Shown: piece after piece, positions 1 through 10,020 of the stretch
Numbering within the stretch: the stretch's first letter is position 1
Layout of the letters: the number at the start of each line of letters is the position of its first letter
Assembly: GCA_964515115.1 (NCBI GenBank)
Contig: CAZESB010000001.1
Location: 48,292-112,291 of the forward strand
From: an uncultured Pseudomonadales bacterium
Lineage (GTDB): Bacteria > Patescibacteriota > Microgenomatia > UBA1400 > PJMF01
DNA: 64,000 bases
Direction: 5' to 3'
Notes under the pieces: model-generated
Seen by the model: the letters and a program-made list of their open reading frames with translations, nothing else
The model's database searches: none
What the model was told of the DNA's origin: nothing
Made by a program: the position numbers and the translations under genes

Positions 1-64
1 CGGTTGTTGTTTTGGCCGCAGTATCGGTGTGAACCACGGTTTCTTTTCTTTGTGTGATTGGCAT
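1..64 (-). CDS. Partial CDS: N-terminal 21 codons of a minus-strand ORF running off the left edge (MPITQRKETVVHTDTAAKTTT...)
   Basis: Reverse-complement ATG at 62-64 preceded by GAGGT; open frame to window edge; no function inferable. Confidence 0.25.
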   Translation of the reverse strand, partial: MPITQRKETVVHTDTAAKTTT

Positions 65-185
65 ACCTCAATTATAGTTCAGGTATTTTGTGTAAATTAG
101 TGTAGTCAGGTAAGAAAATGGTAAAAGCTGGCTGTTTCTTGTTTCAACTGTCAAACTACCAAGTACTTCAAACAATTCGGCCCCG

Positions 186-695
186 TCAGCCCAACAAACT
201 GGCAATTTCTTCAGGGAGTATTTCTTTTAGTTGCTGATGTGTATCTGGAGAAATTCGATCCATCATCATACTCAAAGTGGTCTGGATCAAGTCCTCAAAA
301 TTGCCATCGCCGTTATAGATAAAACTTTTTCTAATGTGATCAAGAAATTGCGCCCGATTGTATTTAAGTGGTACGTTGTCAGGATCCCAGCCTTCGTAAT
401 AAAAACCGCGCACCAACATCGGCAGCTCCGAGCCTAAATTTACTGCCTGGTGCACTGGCAGTCGGTCCCTCAAAGCTTGAAGGCTAGATCGCAACAGCTC
501 ATATGATTGTTCGCGGCGATTCTGCCAGCCCAACTCATTTTCCAGGGAATTGAGCAGCTCATTAGTTTCACGAATGGTATCATCAAAACCATCCAAGCCA
601 GTGTGGGCCGTCGATGTTGGCATCAGCAAAAGTATAGGCTTTGATTGTGAAAGAGTGGGTAGAAAGAATTGAGAAGTTGGTAAGAAGATAGTCAA
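186..695 (-). CDS. DUF2267-like protein
   Basis: Motif ALRDRLPVHQAVNLGSELPMLVRGFYYEGWDP resembles the conserved DUF2267 core (L..RLP...A.DLAAQLP...RG.YYEGW.P) as I recall it; true start may be an internal Met. Confidence 0.45.
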   Translation of the reverse strand: MTIFLPTSQFFLPTLSQSKPILLLMPTSTAHTGLDGFDDTIRETNELLNSLENELGWQNRREQSYELLRSSLQALRDRLPVHQAVNLGSELPMLVRGFYYEGWDPDNVPLKYNRAQFLDHIRKSFIYNGDGNFEDLIQTTLSMMMDRISPDTHQQLKEILPEEIASLLG

Positions 696-699
696 AAAG

Positions 700-1533
700 C
701 TAAAAGTTTTGTTCTAAGTAATCTAAAATGCCGTAAGCCAAGGCTCGGGCAGGAATTTCCGGCCGATCAACGATAATTTTTCTGTCGTCGGCATTGGTTA
801 AAAAACCGGTTTCCAGCAACGCCCCCGGAGTTTTCGACGAAATGGCATGCTCATATTTATCATAAGCAAAAGAGTAGTGATGAGTCATGTTTCTGGTAAT
901 GTTTTTGTCATCACGCCGCAGGCCGGTTTCCGTTTCGTAAGCTTGATCGAGAGCGGCCGCGAGTTTACGAGCCAGACCGGTTTTATCCTTGGCAGAGGAC
1001 GCCACTTTAAAACCATTGGCTTTGGGATTTTTGTCGCTGCCATCGGTATGGACCGAAATGTAAGCATCTGCCCTATATCCCGGAGGAATAACTGCTGGCA
1101 GGATATCAACAATCACGCCTTGTTTTTCTAAAATATCTCGAGCGCGGACCACGATAACGCCCACCACCTCTTTTTCCCATTTGCCCGCCGCGTAGGCACC
1201 GGTATTACCTTTCAGCCAAGCCAGTTCAGTCGGCGGATTTTCATTTTCGAAATGACCAACCTGCAGCCCGACCCGCAAATTTTTACCCTCAAAATTGGGC
1301 AAATTTTTCCTGGTAGAGGTACCCTGGGGAGTGGTAGCAGCAATTTCTTCCACTACTGGCCTGTTAAAAATTTGCCGCTGAATCATGCTGGTCAGAGAAT
1401 TTGTTTCTGGCTGGGCGGTAGAAGTGGGGCTTGCTGAGGGAGTTGTAACCGCGATACTAATCGCTAAAATTAAGCCAACGAGGCTGCTATGCAACGTCAT
1501 CGACGTAGATTTTTGGGCAGGTTTTTTTAGCAT
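700..1533 (-). CDS. N-acetylmuramoyl-L-alanine amidase (Amidase_3 family) with N-terminal signal/TM
   Basis: ADAYISVHTDGS and surrounding Amidase_3-like pattern; hydrophobic N-terminus. Confidence 0.6.
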   Translation of the reverse strand: MLKKPAQKSTSMTLHSSLVGLILAISIAVTTPSASPTSTAQPETNSLTSMIQRQIFNRPVVEEIAATTPQGTSTRKNLPNFEGKNLRVGLQVGHFENENPPTELAWLKGNTGAYAAGKWEKEVVGVIVVRARDILEKQGVIVDILPAVIPPGYRADAYISVHTDGSDKNPKANGFKVASSAKDKTGLARKLAAALDQAYETETGLRRDDKNITRNMTHHYSFAYDKYEHAISSKTPGALLETGFLTNADDRKIIVDRPEIPARALAYGILDYLEQNF

Positions 1534-1652
1534 GAAGCGTGAATGTTAATACACGCGTAAGAATCGTGCAAGGGCAAAATAACAGAGCAGGCGGGAAGAA
1601 CCAGCAACCTTTACTTTTGCTTGAAATATAGGCCTAAATTTAGAAAAACCCA

Positions 1653-2543
1653 TCAAAGTTCTTTTAGGAATTTCTCAAAGTCTTCACCGTATTTTTTGTC
1701 GGCCAACATGAACTTCGCGTGAGCCTTCATGTAGCGGAGCGGATCGCCGGTAGTCATCCATTCGCCGTCCACTACTTTGACCTTAACAGTGCCGTGTTTG
1801 GCCACTTGGTGATTGGCGTCTTGCAGCCAGAGTTCATTGTCAAGACCGGTAGCGTCGGCTTTGAGATACTCAAAAACTTTAGGCGTCAAAATGTAGCGAC
1901 CGTAGGAAACCAAATTAGATGGCGCCTGATCACGGGGCGGCTTTTCCACCACCATCTCAACTTCCTCATCAGAACCGTCTTTAAGTTTGACCACTCCGTA
2001 GCGATCGACCTCATCCCAAGGCACTTCCTGGACAGCCAAAATACCGTCAAGACCCGGCTCTTGATGATAAAAATCCACAATTTGCTTGACCGCACTCACT
2101 TCCCCCAAAACCAAATCATCACCCCACATCACCACAAAAGCCTCATCGTTTTCCACCAATTCCTTGGCAGTTAAAATCGGGCGGCCATTGCCATAAGGCA
2201 GCCGCTCATCTTGAGGCATGATAGTGATTTTTGGCAGCTTAAAAACCTGCTCAACCTTATCCCAGCGATCCAGCTTGCCTTGTCGAATCATCAAAGTACG
2301 GATGTTGGTAGCCGCGCCGTAAAAATAATCTTCAAATTTGGTCACTTCTCCTGGGGAAGCGACGATAATCACTTCTTCAATCCCAGCGTCAGCACATTCC
2401 TCGACTAAATATTGAATAATCGGCTTATCAATCAGGGGCAGCATTTCCTTGGGAAAGGTTTTGGTAATCGGCAGAAACCTGGAGCCAAAACCCGCGGCGG
2501 TAATAATAGCCCGCTTCACCTTTTGGTTGGATTGATTTTGCAT
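1653..2543 (-). CDS. galU: UTP--glucose-1-phosphate uridylyltransferase
   Basis: N-terminal AIITAAGFGSRFLPITKTFPKEMLPLIDKPIIQY nucleotidyltransferase signature; typical ~296 aa length. Confidence 0.8.
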   Translation of the reverse strand: MQNQSNQKVKRAIITAAGFGSRFLPITKTFPKEMLPLIDKPIIQYLVEECADAGIEEVIIVASPGEVTKFEDYFYGAATNIRTLMIRQGKLDRWDKVEQVFKLPKITIMPQDERLPYGNGRPILTAKELVENDEAFVVMWGDDLVLGEVSAVKQIVDFYHQEPGLDGILAVQEVPWDEVDRYGVVKLKDGSDEEVEMVVEKPPRDQAPSNLVSYGRYILTPKVFEYLKADATGLDNELWLQDANHQVAKHGTVKVKVVDGEWMTTGDPLRYMKAHAKFMLADKKYGEDFEKFLKEL

Positions 2544-2606
2544 ATGGGAACTTACCTAAATACTTAATATTGAGTCCGTAAGTAGCAGTATAGCAAGTAT
2601 AGCAAA

Positions 2607-3245
2607 TTAGCCGAAATTTTGTTTTTCGCTTCCCAGAAAGGTGGTCGCACCGTGGCCGGGATAGCAGAGGGTATTGTCGGGCAGCTCGAAAAGTTTCTGC
2701 AGTGAGGTGTGCAGAGCTTTAAAACTGGAGTAACTGTGATTGGTGCTGCCAAGGCCATTTTGAAAAAGAGTGTCGCCGGTGAAAAGAATTTGCCCATCGC
2801 TGACAGTCAAAGTGATTAAACAAATACTGCCTGGGGTGTGGCCGGGCGTTTCAATCACTCGCAGCTTTTGTTTACCAACAGGCAGAACATGATTTTCTTC
2901 CAGAAAAACGCTGGGGGTTGGCACCGGATCAACCGAGCGTTTAAGCCAGTGTTTAGCTCGACTCTGCACTGATTCAAGCAAAAAAAGGTCTTGCTGATTC
3001 ATCATCACTGGAATATTGAAGTTAAGCTGCACTTCCAGCGTACCCAAAATATGATCAAAATGCCCGTGAGTGAGAACGATCGCCAGAGGAGTAAGCTCAT
3101 TTTCCAGAATGGTAGTGGTGACGGTTTCACCGCTGTCGGCCGGATCAATAACCAGACACTCTCTGGTTTCACTGCAAAAGGCCAGATAGCAGTTAGTTTG
3201 TAACTCACCCAGCTCTAGGGTAATGACCTCGAGTTCGTTTGACAT
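2607..3245 (-). CDS. MBL-fold metallo-hydrolase (glyoxalase II-like)
   Basis: THGHFDHILG metal-binding motif (HxHxDH) and later His/Asp ligands. Confidence 0.65.
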   Translation of the reverse strand: MSNELEVITLELGELQTNCYLAFCSETRECLVIDPADSGETVTTTILENELTPLAIVLTHGHFDHILGTLEVQLNFNIPVMMNQQDLFLLESVQSRAKHWLKRSVDPVPTPSVFLEENHVLPVGKQKLRVIETPGHTPGSICLITLTVSDGQILFTGDTLFQNGLGSTNHSYSSFKALHTSLQKLFELPDNTLCYPGHGATTFLGSEKQNFG

Positions 3246-3306
3246 TTAGCCTTGTATTTCAGTATGATTTGATCATTAATATCCTATCACAGCAGGAGAA
3301 AGCCAA

Positions 3307-3594
3307 ATGCAACAAGACACGCCAGTTCCTACTTACGAAGCTCCCGAGTCTCCCGAAGCTCGGCCGACTGATCCGGTTGCCGCCAAAAAACTGCAACTGA
3401 AATATTTGCTGGTGATTGTGGCGCTTTTAGTGGTCGCAGCGGTGGCAGCTCTGGTTTTGAATAGCAATAATAACCAAGCAGAAGAAGAGCTACAGACAGA
3501 AGAAATGAACGAAGCTCTTGAATTGGAAATTGAGAACTCCGCTGGTTTTCCGCAAGAAGAGTTCGTCCCCTACGAAGAACTGCCGATCATGTAG
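3307..3594 (+). CDS. Small membrane-anchored hypothetical protein with acidic C-terminus
   Basis: Central hydrophobic helix LLVIVALLVVAAVAALVL; E-rich tail; no recognisable domain. Confidence 0.4.
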   Translation: MQQDTPVPTYEAPESPEARPTDPVAAKKLQLKYLLVIVALLVVAAVAALVLNSNNNQAEEELQTEEMNEALELEIENSAGFPQEEFVPYEELPIM

Positions 3595-4251
3595 TTAAAA
3601 CCAAAATTGAGTCAGCAAGGCAGTGCCGAAGTTGATGATCGGTAGAATGATTCTTCCTGCCAAAGAAACCCCTCCAAAAGGAAAAATCAGTAATATCAAT
3701 AGTATCGTGCCGTATTGTTGCATAAACTGTTCAAACTCGTAAGCAAATTGGCGGGGCAGAATTGCCAGCGCAATCTTGCTGCCATCCAGGGGATAAACGG
3801 GCAGGAGATTGAAAACAGCCAGCATAATATTGACTTGCACTGCCGCCAGCGCAATCAGCAGGAAAATATCAGGCAGAGCCACGGCAGTTTGCAGCAGGGC
3901 AAAAATAATTGAGATCACTGCCGCCAAGATAATATTTGATGCCGGCCCGGCCAAAGCAATCAGGGCAGTATCTCGCACCGGCTCCTTGAGGTTGTAGGGG
4001 TCGAAGGGAACCGGCTTGCCCCAACCAAAACCTACCAAAAGCAGAGTGATAGTGCCCAAAGGATCGAGATGAGCTCTGGGGTCGAGGGTGATGCGGTCAT
4101 TGTAACGAGGCGTGGGGTCGCCCAGATGATCAGCTACCCAGGCGTGAGCAAATTCGTGGATGGTGATAGCTACCAGCAACACTGCCAAAAAAATCACAAT
4201 GCCAATGAGAGTCCAAAGAGTGATGTTTCCAGATAAGAGAGTTAAAAGCAT
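3595..4251 (-). CDS. Membrane zinc metalloprotease, site-2 protease (M50) family
   Basis: HEFAHAW (HExxH inside a TM helix), multiple TM segments, LDG motif near the C-terminal part. Confidence 0.6.
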   Translation of the reverse strand: MLLTLLSGNITLWTLIGIVIFLAVLLVAITIHEFAHAWVADHLGDPTPRYNDRITLDPRAHLDPLGTITLLLVGFGWGKPVPFDPYNLKEPVRDTALIALAGPASNIILAAVISIIFALLQTAVALPDIFLLIALAAVQVNIMLAVFNLLPVYPLDGSKIALAILPRQFAYEFEQFMQQYGTILLILLIFPFGGVSLAGRIILPIINFGTALLTQFWF

Positions 4252-4370
4252 GGGTTCATTATATACTATTTATATGCTGCGAAGCTGACGTTAACCTTGC
4301 TTCCTCCGGGTTGTGTCATGGGTTGAAATGGCTTGAAAAGGTGAAGAAAAGTGGTATAATCACAATTCTT

Positions 4371-4595
4371 ATGGCAAGCTATTCATTTAAATATCCCAGA
4401 TCAGCTCATATCGGTAACAATGTTTCCCATGCCAAAAACCGCACCAAACGTCGGTTTAAGTACAATTTGCACACGGTGACAGTGGTGATGGATGGGGTTA
4501 AGCAGCGTCTGAAAGTACCGACTAAAGTGCTGCGTCAACTCAAAAAATCCGGGGTGACCACTCATCATCAAAACCTCAGTCAAGCTGCTGAGTAA
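4371..4595 (+). CDS. rpmB: 50S ribosomal protein L28
   Basis: GNNVSHAKNRTKRRFKYNLH matches the L28 signature (GNN.SHA.N.TKRRF.PNL); start taken at internal Met of the longer ORF. Confidence 0.8.
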   Translation: MASYSFKYPRSAHIGNNVSHAKNRTKRRFKYNLHTVTVVMDGVKQRLKVPTKVLRQLKKSGVTTHHQNLSQAAE

Positions 4596-4632
4596 AATCT
4601 TTTTTATTTTCTGAATTTCCGATTTTCTGAAC

Positions 4633-5586
4633 TTACTCCCAAATCGAGTTTTTGATTTGGTGCCAGTGGGCCGGCGTTTGACCTTCAAGTTGCACTTTTT
4701 CCAGTTTGAGTGAACTGTCGCTAGTGGCAACTGCCAGGATTTTCATTCTTTGCTGGCCTTTGTTGGTGGGCACGATAGTCCAAAGTCCGGGCCAAGGGGA
4801 GAAAGCCCGCACGGCGTGGCTAATCAGCGCTGCTGTCGAGTCGTGATGGCGACTGGCTTGTTGCAGCAGAGTGGAGTGGTAGCTGGAGGCGGAAACGCCT
4901 TTAGTGGCTGCTTTGACAGTTTCCCAGACAATAAATGAATCTGCCTTTGCTAATCGCTGCGCCAGCGGTGTTGGCGTTTCCGCCGGTTGGGCCACCGGCT
5001 TAATTTTTCCGGTGGCAAATTTCTCAAGATCATCCCCCAAATGTCGATTGATCAACTCAAAACTGAAGCGGTAATAATCCTCATGATTCCATTGACGATT
5101 AATGTCGAACTGATATTGAGCCAGCACGGGACCGGAATCTAGTCCTTGATCCATCACCATCAGCGTCACTGCTGAAATCGGCTCACCAAACAAAATAGCC
5201 AATTGTCCGGGGGAACTGCCTCGCCATTTCGGCAGGGCAGAGGGATGAATGTTAAGTGGTGCTATTTTTGGCCAAGCCAACAGCTTATCCGGCACTAAGT
5301 AACCAAAATCCACCACCAGCAAAAAATCAGGTCGCGGCCAATGCTTTGGATCAGTAATTTTTGCCAACGTTGCGACAGTGAGTTTATTTTCCACCGTCAC
5401 CACCGTAATCTGCTCTTTTTCAGCCCACAAATGCAACGGATTTTTGGTGAGAATTTTCTTTCTGCCGACTGGTTTTGGCCCGGGAGTGATCACGCCAATC
5501 AGCTCAAACCTCGAGTCCTGATGCAAAGTTTTGGCGCAAGCCTCGGTTCTAACGGTGGTGCCCGCGATAGCGATTTTATATGACAT
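4633..5586 (-). CDS. fmt: Methionyl-tRNA formyltransferase
   Basis: Formyltransferase N-domain plus C-terminal domain; directly abuts def (stop/start adjacent), the classic def-fmt pair. Confidence 0.8.
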   Translation of the reverse strand: MSYKIAIAGTTVRTEACAKTLHQDSRFELIGVITPGPKPVGRKKILTKNPLHLWAEKEQITVVTVENKLTVATLAKITDPKHWPRPDFLLVVDFGYLVPDKLLAWPKIAPLNIHPSALPKWRGSSPGQLAILFGEPISAVTLMVMDQGLDSGPVLAQYQFDINRQWNHEDYYRFSFELINRHLGDDLEKFATGKIKPVAQPAETPTPLAQRLAKADSFIVWETVKAATKGVSASSYHSTLLQQASRHHDSTAALISHAVRAFSPWPGLWTIVPTNKGQQRMKILAVATSDSSLKLEKVQLEGQTPAHWHQIKNSIWE

Positions 5587-6135
5587 CTAAATCATCTCTA
5601 AAAATTCTCGGTCAACTTCCTCAAATTTTTCTGGGTCTATTTCCTGATAAACAGGCAGATTGTCTTTAAGCGAGTGATCAGTAAAAAGAATGCCATTCAA
5701 ATGATCAAGTTCATGCTGAACTACCCGAGCAGGGAAATCAACAAATTTTTCTTTTTGGCGCACCAGCTTGCCATTTTTAATTTGGTCAAACTCCAGCGTC
5801 ACCCACTCCCAACGAAAAACCGGCCCATACAGACGAGGAATAGACAGACAACCCTCCATAATTGGCTCTTTTTGATCTTGGCCAAGCGTTTGTTCGGCTG
5901 AATGTTTCACTATCGCCGGATTAATAAAAATTCTAGGTTCCTTGACTTGAGTCGCGAAAATCCGCCACAATTTATTCACCTGCGGCGCTGCTAAACCGGC
6001 ACCCTTAGGTTTTTTGGTGGCTTTCAAAGTACTCTGGAGTTCAGCGATAAAAGTGAGCAGTTTTTTATCTACCTTAGAAACAGGCTCAGCTTTTTGCCTC
6101 AAAGTTGGGTGCGGAATTTCAATTATTGCCATCAT
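5587..6135 (-). CDS. def: Peptide deformylase
   Basis: EGCLSIP and HELDHLNG metal-binding motifs. Confidence 0.9.
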   Translation of the reverse strand: MMAIIEIPHPTLRQKAEPVSKVDKKLLTFIAELQSTLKATKKPKGAGLAAPQVNKLWRIFATQVKEPRIFINPAIVKHSAEQTLGQDQKEPIMEGCLSIPRLYGPVFRWEWVTLEFDQIKNGKLVRQKEKFVDFPARVVQHELDHLNGILFTDHSLKDNLPVYQEIDPEKFEEVDREFLEMI

Positions 6136-6171
6136 TCGGTCATTATACCGCTACTCTGGCACATTTTGATA

Positions 6172-8220
6172 CTATTCTTCAATTTCCGCTTCACTCTCAT
6201 CAAGCAGTTTAGTCAACTGCGCTCGGGCATTTTCATAATCGGGCTTCAGCTCGAGAGCTTTTTCTTGGGCGCTCTTGGCTGCTTCAAGATCTTCCAGTCC
6301 CCAGGCCACCAGGCCGAGATTGTACCAAAGCTTGGCATCGGTGGGTGCTCTAGCAATGGCTTTTTCCAGTGCATCTTTGGCGTAGAGAAGAAAATCAGCA
6401 TCAATTTGCGACAAGGCAATAAAAATTCTGGCTCGAGTTTTATAAAAATTCAGGTGAGCCGAGTTTAGGGACAAAGACCGATCGCTAAACCTGATAGCTG
6501 CTTCCACCAACTCTGCCGACGCGGTGGCGTCACCGGCTTGAGCCTGAGCTACCGCCAGACTGGCGTAATTTTCAGCCAGTTCGTCATAGAAAAGCGCTTC
6601 GCCGGGCGATCTCTCTACCGCTTCTTGTAAATAGAGCAGACCCTCGCGGTTTTGCTGATTGTCAAGCAAAGATTTACCTAAATTAAAAGCCACATCTGCC
6701 TGGCGATAGTTGTAAATATTGCTCAACAGCATTAAAACTGCCAGGGTGGTAAGAGTAGCAGCAGCAAATTGCCAACCACTAGTGAACTCCGGTTTTTGCA
6801 CCGGCGCCTTTTCAATCTCTCTCACCAGAGCAGAGCTAGCCAGGAAAAAAAACATCAAAACAGTGACCATGACCGTGGAGAAGCCGAAAAAATTGGAAAC
6901 GCTCAAGGCCGCCAGTCCGGATAAGAGCCCTAGATGCAGCAAGCTATTCTTTCTGTAAATTTGAATAATGGCAGTCACAGCGAACCAGCCCAGCAATAAC
7001 AAATACGTTCCCAAGCCAAAAATGCCGGTGGTAGCCAGAAAATTTAGGAACTCATTGTGGGCTTTGTTATAAAGAAAGTCCCACTCGGAAACTAAGTTGT
7101 GTTCAATCGGCCGGTCCAAATAATAGCTGTAAGCGAAAGTTTCCACTCCCGAGCCAAAAAGCGGATACCGCTGCCAAACTTTCAAAGCTCCTGCCCAAAC
7201 AATTTTTCTGATTTCGCCCGAATCGGTGCCGCCTAGCTCCATTTGGTTGGCGGGCAGCTCCTCTACATCTCTGAGCTGGCTCGATTCTGAAGCCAAGAAA
7301 AGCTCTCGCACTGAAGGTGTGTAAGTAGTGCCAAATATGGCCGCAATAGTCACAAACAGCAGTAAAAACCCAAGAGTGTACTGGACCACCCGTCTGCTTA
7401 AATAGTCAGCCGGAGAAAAACGCGCCGACCGCGAAGAATTCTTCCAAGCATAAACCAAAGCACCGGCAAGAAAAACCAACATCCCCACCCCAAAACCCAG
7501 CAGCCCCGAGCGCGACTGAGTAAAAACCAGCGCCATAAACAGCAATCCGCCGGCAATTCCCAAAAACATTTTCTTAAAATAATTAGCCTTTTCTGTAATA
7601 GCCAGATAAATACTGACGGGAATTAAAGTAATAACGTAGGCCGCCAGCCAGTTTGGTTGTCCAAAACTGGCAAAAACCCGCTCTTGCACTTTTTGCACCC
7701 AGCAGTCCACACCAAAATTACTGCCTTTAGACAAAATCAAGCAACTGGCAGAATGGCCAAAATGTTCCAGAATAGCGTAGATTGAAACTAACACGCCTGA
7801 AGTAACCGCGGTTAGCAACAGTTGCTTGATTGCCCGGAGTGGCACGTTGCTGACAAAAGCGTAGTAAAGCAGATAATAGCTCACCAGTGACAGCAACCCG
7901 CCATGAAAGCGGCTGTAGTAACCAAGTACGGAAGTGCGCGGGTGCATTGAGAGCAGGGTAGAAATAACTTGTGAAACCAAAAACAGCAGCAGCGGTAAAT
8001 CCAAATATGTCCGCTGAAAAATCACTCTTTTTTCTTGAATCATCCGCCAAACCCAAGCTCCGCTTATCAAAACAGTCAGCGCGTAAACCAGGATCATTTT
8101 ATTGAACTCGAAAAGCTCTTCAGTTCTGAAAGAAAAATAAAGCGGCGTGGCAAAAAGCAAAAAGTGATACAGCACCAGGATAATTTTTTGCCACCTACTT
8201 AGTTGGCTCATCTGGCTCAT
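6172..8220 (-). CDS. O-antigen ligase (Wzy_C)-like polytopic membrane protein fused to C-terminal TPR repeats
   Basis: About 12 predicted TM helices in the N-terminal 470 aa with a Wzy-like layout; C-terminal 200 aa show TPR-like A/L/Y periodicity (LGKSLLDNQQNREGLLYLQEAVERSP...). Confidence 0.55.
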   Translation of the reverse strand: MSQMSQLSRWQKIILVLYHFLLFATPLYFSFRTEELFEFNKMILVYALTVLISGAWVWRMIQEKRVIFQRTYLDLPLLLFLVSQVISTLLSMHPRTSVLGYYSRFHGGLLSLVSYYLLYYAFVSNVPLRAIKQLLLTAVTSGVLVSIYAILEHFGHSASCLILSKGSNFGVDCWVQKVQERVFASFGQPNWLAAYVITLIPVSIYLAITEKANYFKKMFLGIAGGLLFMALVFTQSRSGLLGFGVGMLVFLAGALVYAWKNSSRSARFSPADYLSRRVVQYTLGFLLLFVTIAAIFGTTYTPSVRELFLASESSQLRDVEELPANQMELGGTDSGEIRKIVWAGALKVWQRYPLFGSGVETFAYSYYLDRPIEHNLVSEWDFLYNKAHNEFLNFLATTGIFGLGTYLLLLGWFAVTAIIQIYRKNSLLHLGLLSGLAALSVSNFFGFSTVMVTVLMFFFLASSALVREIEKAPVQKPEFTSGWQFAAATLTTLAVLMLLSNIYNYRQADVAFNLGKSLLDNQQNREGLLYLQEAVERSPGEALFYDELAENYASLAVAQAQAGDATASAELVEAAIRFSDRSLSLNSAHLNFYKTRARIFIALSQIDADFLLYAKDALEKAIARAPTDAKLWYNLGLVAWGLEDLEAAKSAQEKALELKPDYENARAQLTKLLDESEAEIEE

Positions 8221-8320
8221 TTTGACCCACTTTCCGGTTCAGTTTCTTAAACATACTTTCCTTATTATACAAATTCCTGGTATATTATTTAGTGTACATA
8301 TAAATTTAGAGGAGAACGTA

Positions 8321-8932
8321 ATGAACGACCAACCTGCCCAAGACTACACGCAGTACCCACCTCAGCCGCCTGCTTCGGTTTTGCCTGAGGAGCAGCAGGG
8401 TGATGATGCTGCCGCCAGCCAGCCTCAGTCTCAACCTCAATCCCAGCCCCAGATCCAGCCTCAAGATGCTCCAGAGGGCGGTAGCGGCGATACCGCTTCA
8501 GAAAAACTGGAAGACCAAAACGTTTTCTTTATGCTCGGGGTGACCGATGGCTCCAACGAGCAGCGCGAGGAGTTCCTCGACGAATTACAACAAGTCATTT
8601 GGGAAGATTTTCTCGAATATGACGTCAAATTGCTGATGACCACCGAAGAATACGAAGAACTCCAGCGCTTGTTGGCGGAAAAAGCCGGCCAAGCGTTGGC
8701 ACAGCAGGAGGCAGCAGTGGAATATATTGAAAAACTGGTGCCTGAACTGGAAAATATCATGCTGGAGAAAGCTCTCGAGTTGAAAGCCGATTTGTTCAAA
8801 GAAAGAATTGCTGGCATGAAAGAATATTTTTCTGGTCAGCAGCAGGCCATGGAGAAGATCAGCCGCGCTGAGGAGTTAGTTACGCAGGAGCGCTGGTACT
8901 CAGCTGCAGAGCTGCTTAACAGCATCTCCTAA
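8321..8932 (+). CDS. Hypothetical acidic protein with QPQS repeat tract
   Basis: ATG at 8321 with GGAGAA RBS; QPQSQPQSQPQIQPQ low-complexity then E/L-rich helical region; sits immediately upstream of mreB. Confidence 0.45.
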   Translation: MNDQPAQDYTQYPPQPPASVLPEEQQGDDAAASQPQSQPQSQPQIQPQDAPEGGSGDTASEKLEDQNVFFMLGVTDGSNEQREEFLDELQQVIWEDFLEYDVKLLMTTEEYEELQRLLAEKAGQALAQQEAAVEYIEKLVPELENIMLEKALELKADLFKERIAGMKEYFSGQQQAMEKISRAEELVTQERWYSAAELLNSIS

Positions 8933-8961
8933 ATCCTTGTTTCATCTTGTATACTTTCGTC

Positions 8962-10020
8962 ATGAATAGGTTGGCTAAGTTTGGTGCTTTGGTTGGCGGT
9001 TTAATTTCTTCCGGCGAAGCAATTGATGATCAGCTTTTTATTGATGCCGGCTCCAGCAACACCAGAATTTATTTAGGTGAGCGCCTGGTGTATGCCGAAC
9101 CAACCTGCGTGGCGGTCCACCGTCCCAGCGACACGGTTGTGGCGATCGGTACTAAAGCCCAAAAATTGCTGGGTAAAACCGGCGAAAATATGGAGGTGAG
9201 TTTTCCGGTGCAACACGGCGTAGTGGCCAATCCTACTCACATGGAAATCTTTCTCTCAACGGTGCTGAAAAGAATTGTGGCCGATTTTTCTCTCAAGAGA
9301 ACTATTTTGGGTCTAAAAACTTGGTATGCAGTGCCGGCCAGTGCTTCGCCAGTGGAAAAACAATTCATCAAGGAAATTTTGGCTAGTGTCGGTTTTTCCA
9401 AAGTTCACCTACTACCTGGAATAGAAGCCGCTTTTCATAATGTGATCGAGAAAAGCGCTCCTACCCAGTCATATTTGGTGCTGAACATTGGTGGCCAGAT
9501 TGTGGACATTGGTGTTTTCTCTGCCAATAATTTAGTGACGGGCCGAACAATTAAATGGGGCGGAGTGCAGTTTACTGAAACTATCCAGGAAGTAATTCGC
9601 CATGAGCACGAGTGCGCAGTGGGCTGGCACATTGCTGAACAAACAAAATTTGAGATTGCTAGAATTCCGGGAGAGAAAAAAGAGGGCAGAGCCAAGGCAA
9701 AGGCGACTGTGCGAGGCAAGGATGTGATTAAACAAATCAGTAAAACGGTGGTGGTGACTGCGGATATTTTTGATGCTAACTTCAGTGAACTGATGGACGA
9801 ATTGTTCGATGCACTGGAAACTTTTTTGTCCGAACTGCCTTCCGAACTGGCGACAAGCGCTTTGGATCAAGGCATTTACTTAACGGGGGCGGCTAGCCAA
9901 CTCGATGGTTTGGGCGAAGCGTTGGCAGAAAAACTCCAGTCGGTGGTCAATTATTCCCAGCAACCGGAAATGGACACTGTTAAGGGTATGGTGAAGTATG
10001 TCAAAAATCACTCTTTATAG
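8962..10020 (+). CDS. mreB: Rod shape-determining protein MreB (actin-like ATPase)
   Basis: IDAGSSNTRIY (phosphate-1), VAIGTKAQKLLGKTGENMEV, VQHGVVANPTHME are the MreB equivalents; ATG at 8962 preferred over upstream TTG. Confidence 0.75.
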   Translation: MNRLAKFGALVGGLISSGEAIDDQLFIDAGSSNTRIYLGERLVYAEPTCVAVHRPSDTVVAIGTKAQKLLGKTGENMEVSFPVQHGVVANPTHMEIFLSTVLKRIVADFSLKRTILGLKTWYAVPASASPVEKQFIKEILASVGFSKVHLLPGIEAAFHNVIEKSAPTQSYLVLNIGGQIVDIGVFSANNLVTGRTIKWGGVQFTETIQEVIRHEHECAVGWHIAEQTKFEIARIPGEKKEGRAKAKATVRGKDVIKQISKTVVVTADIFDANFSELMDELFDALETFLSELPSELATSALDQGIYLTGAASQLDGLGEALAEKLQSVVNYSQQPEMDTVKGMVKYVKNHSL

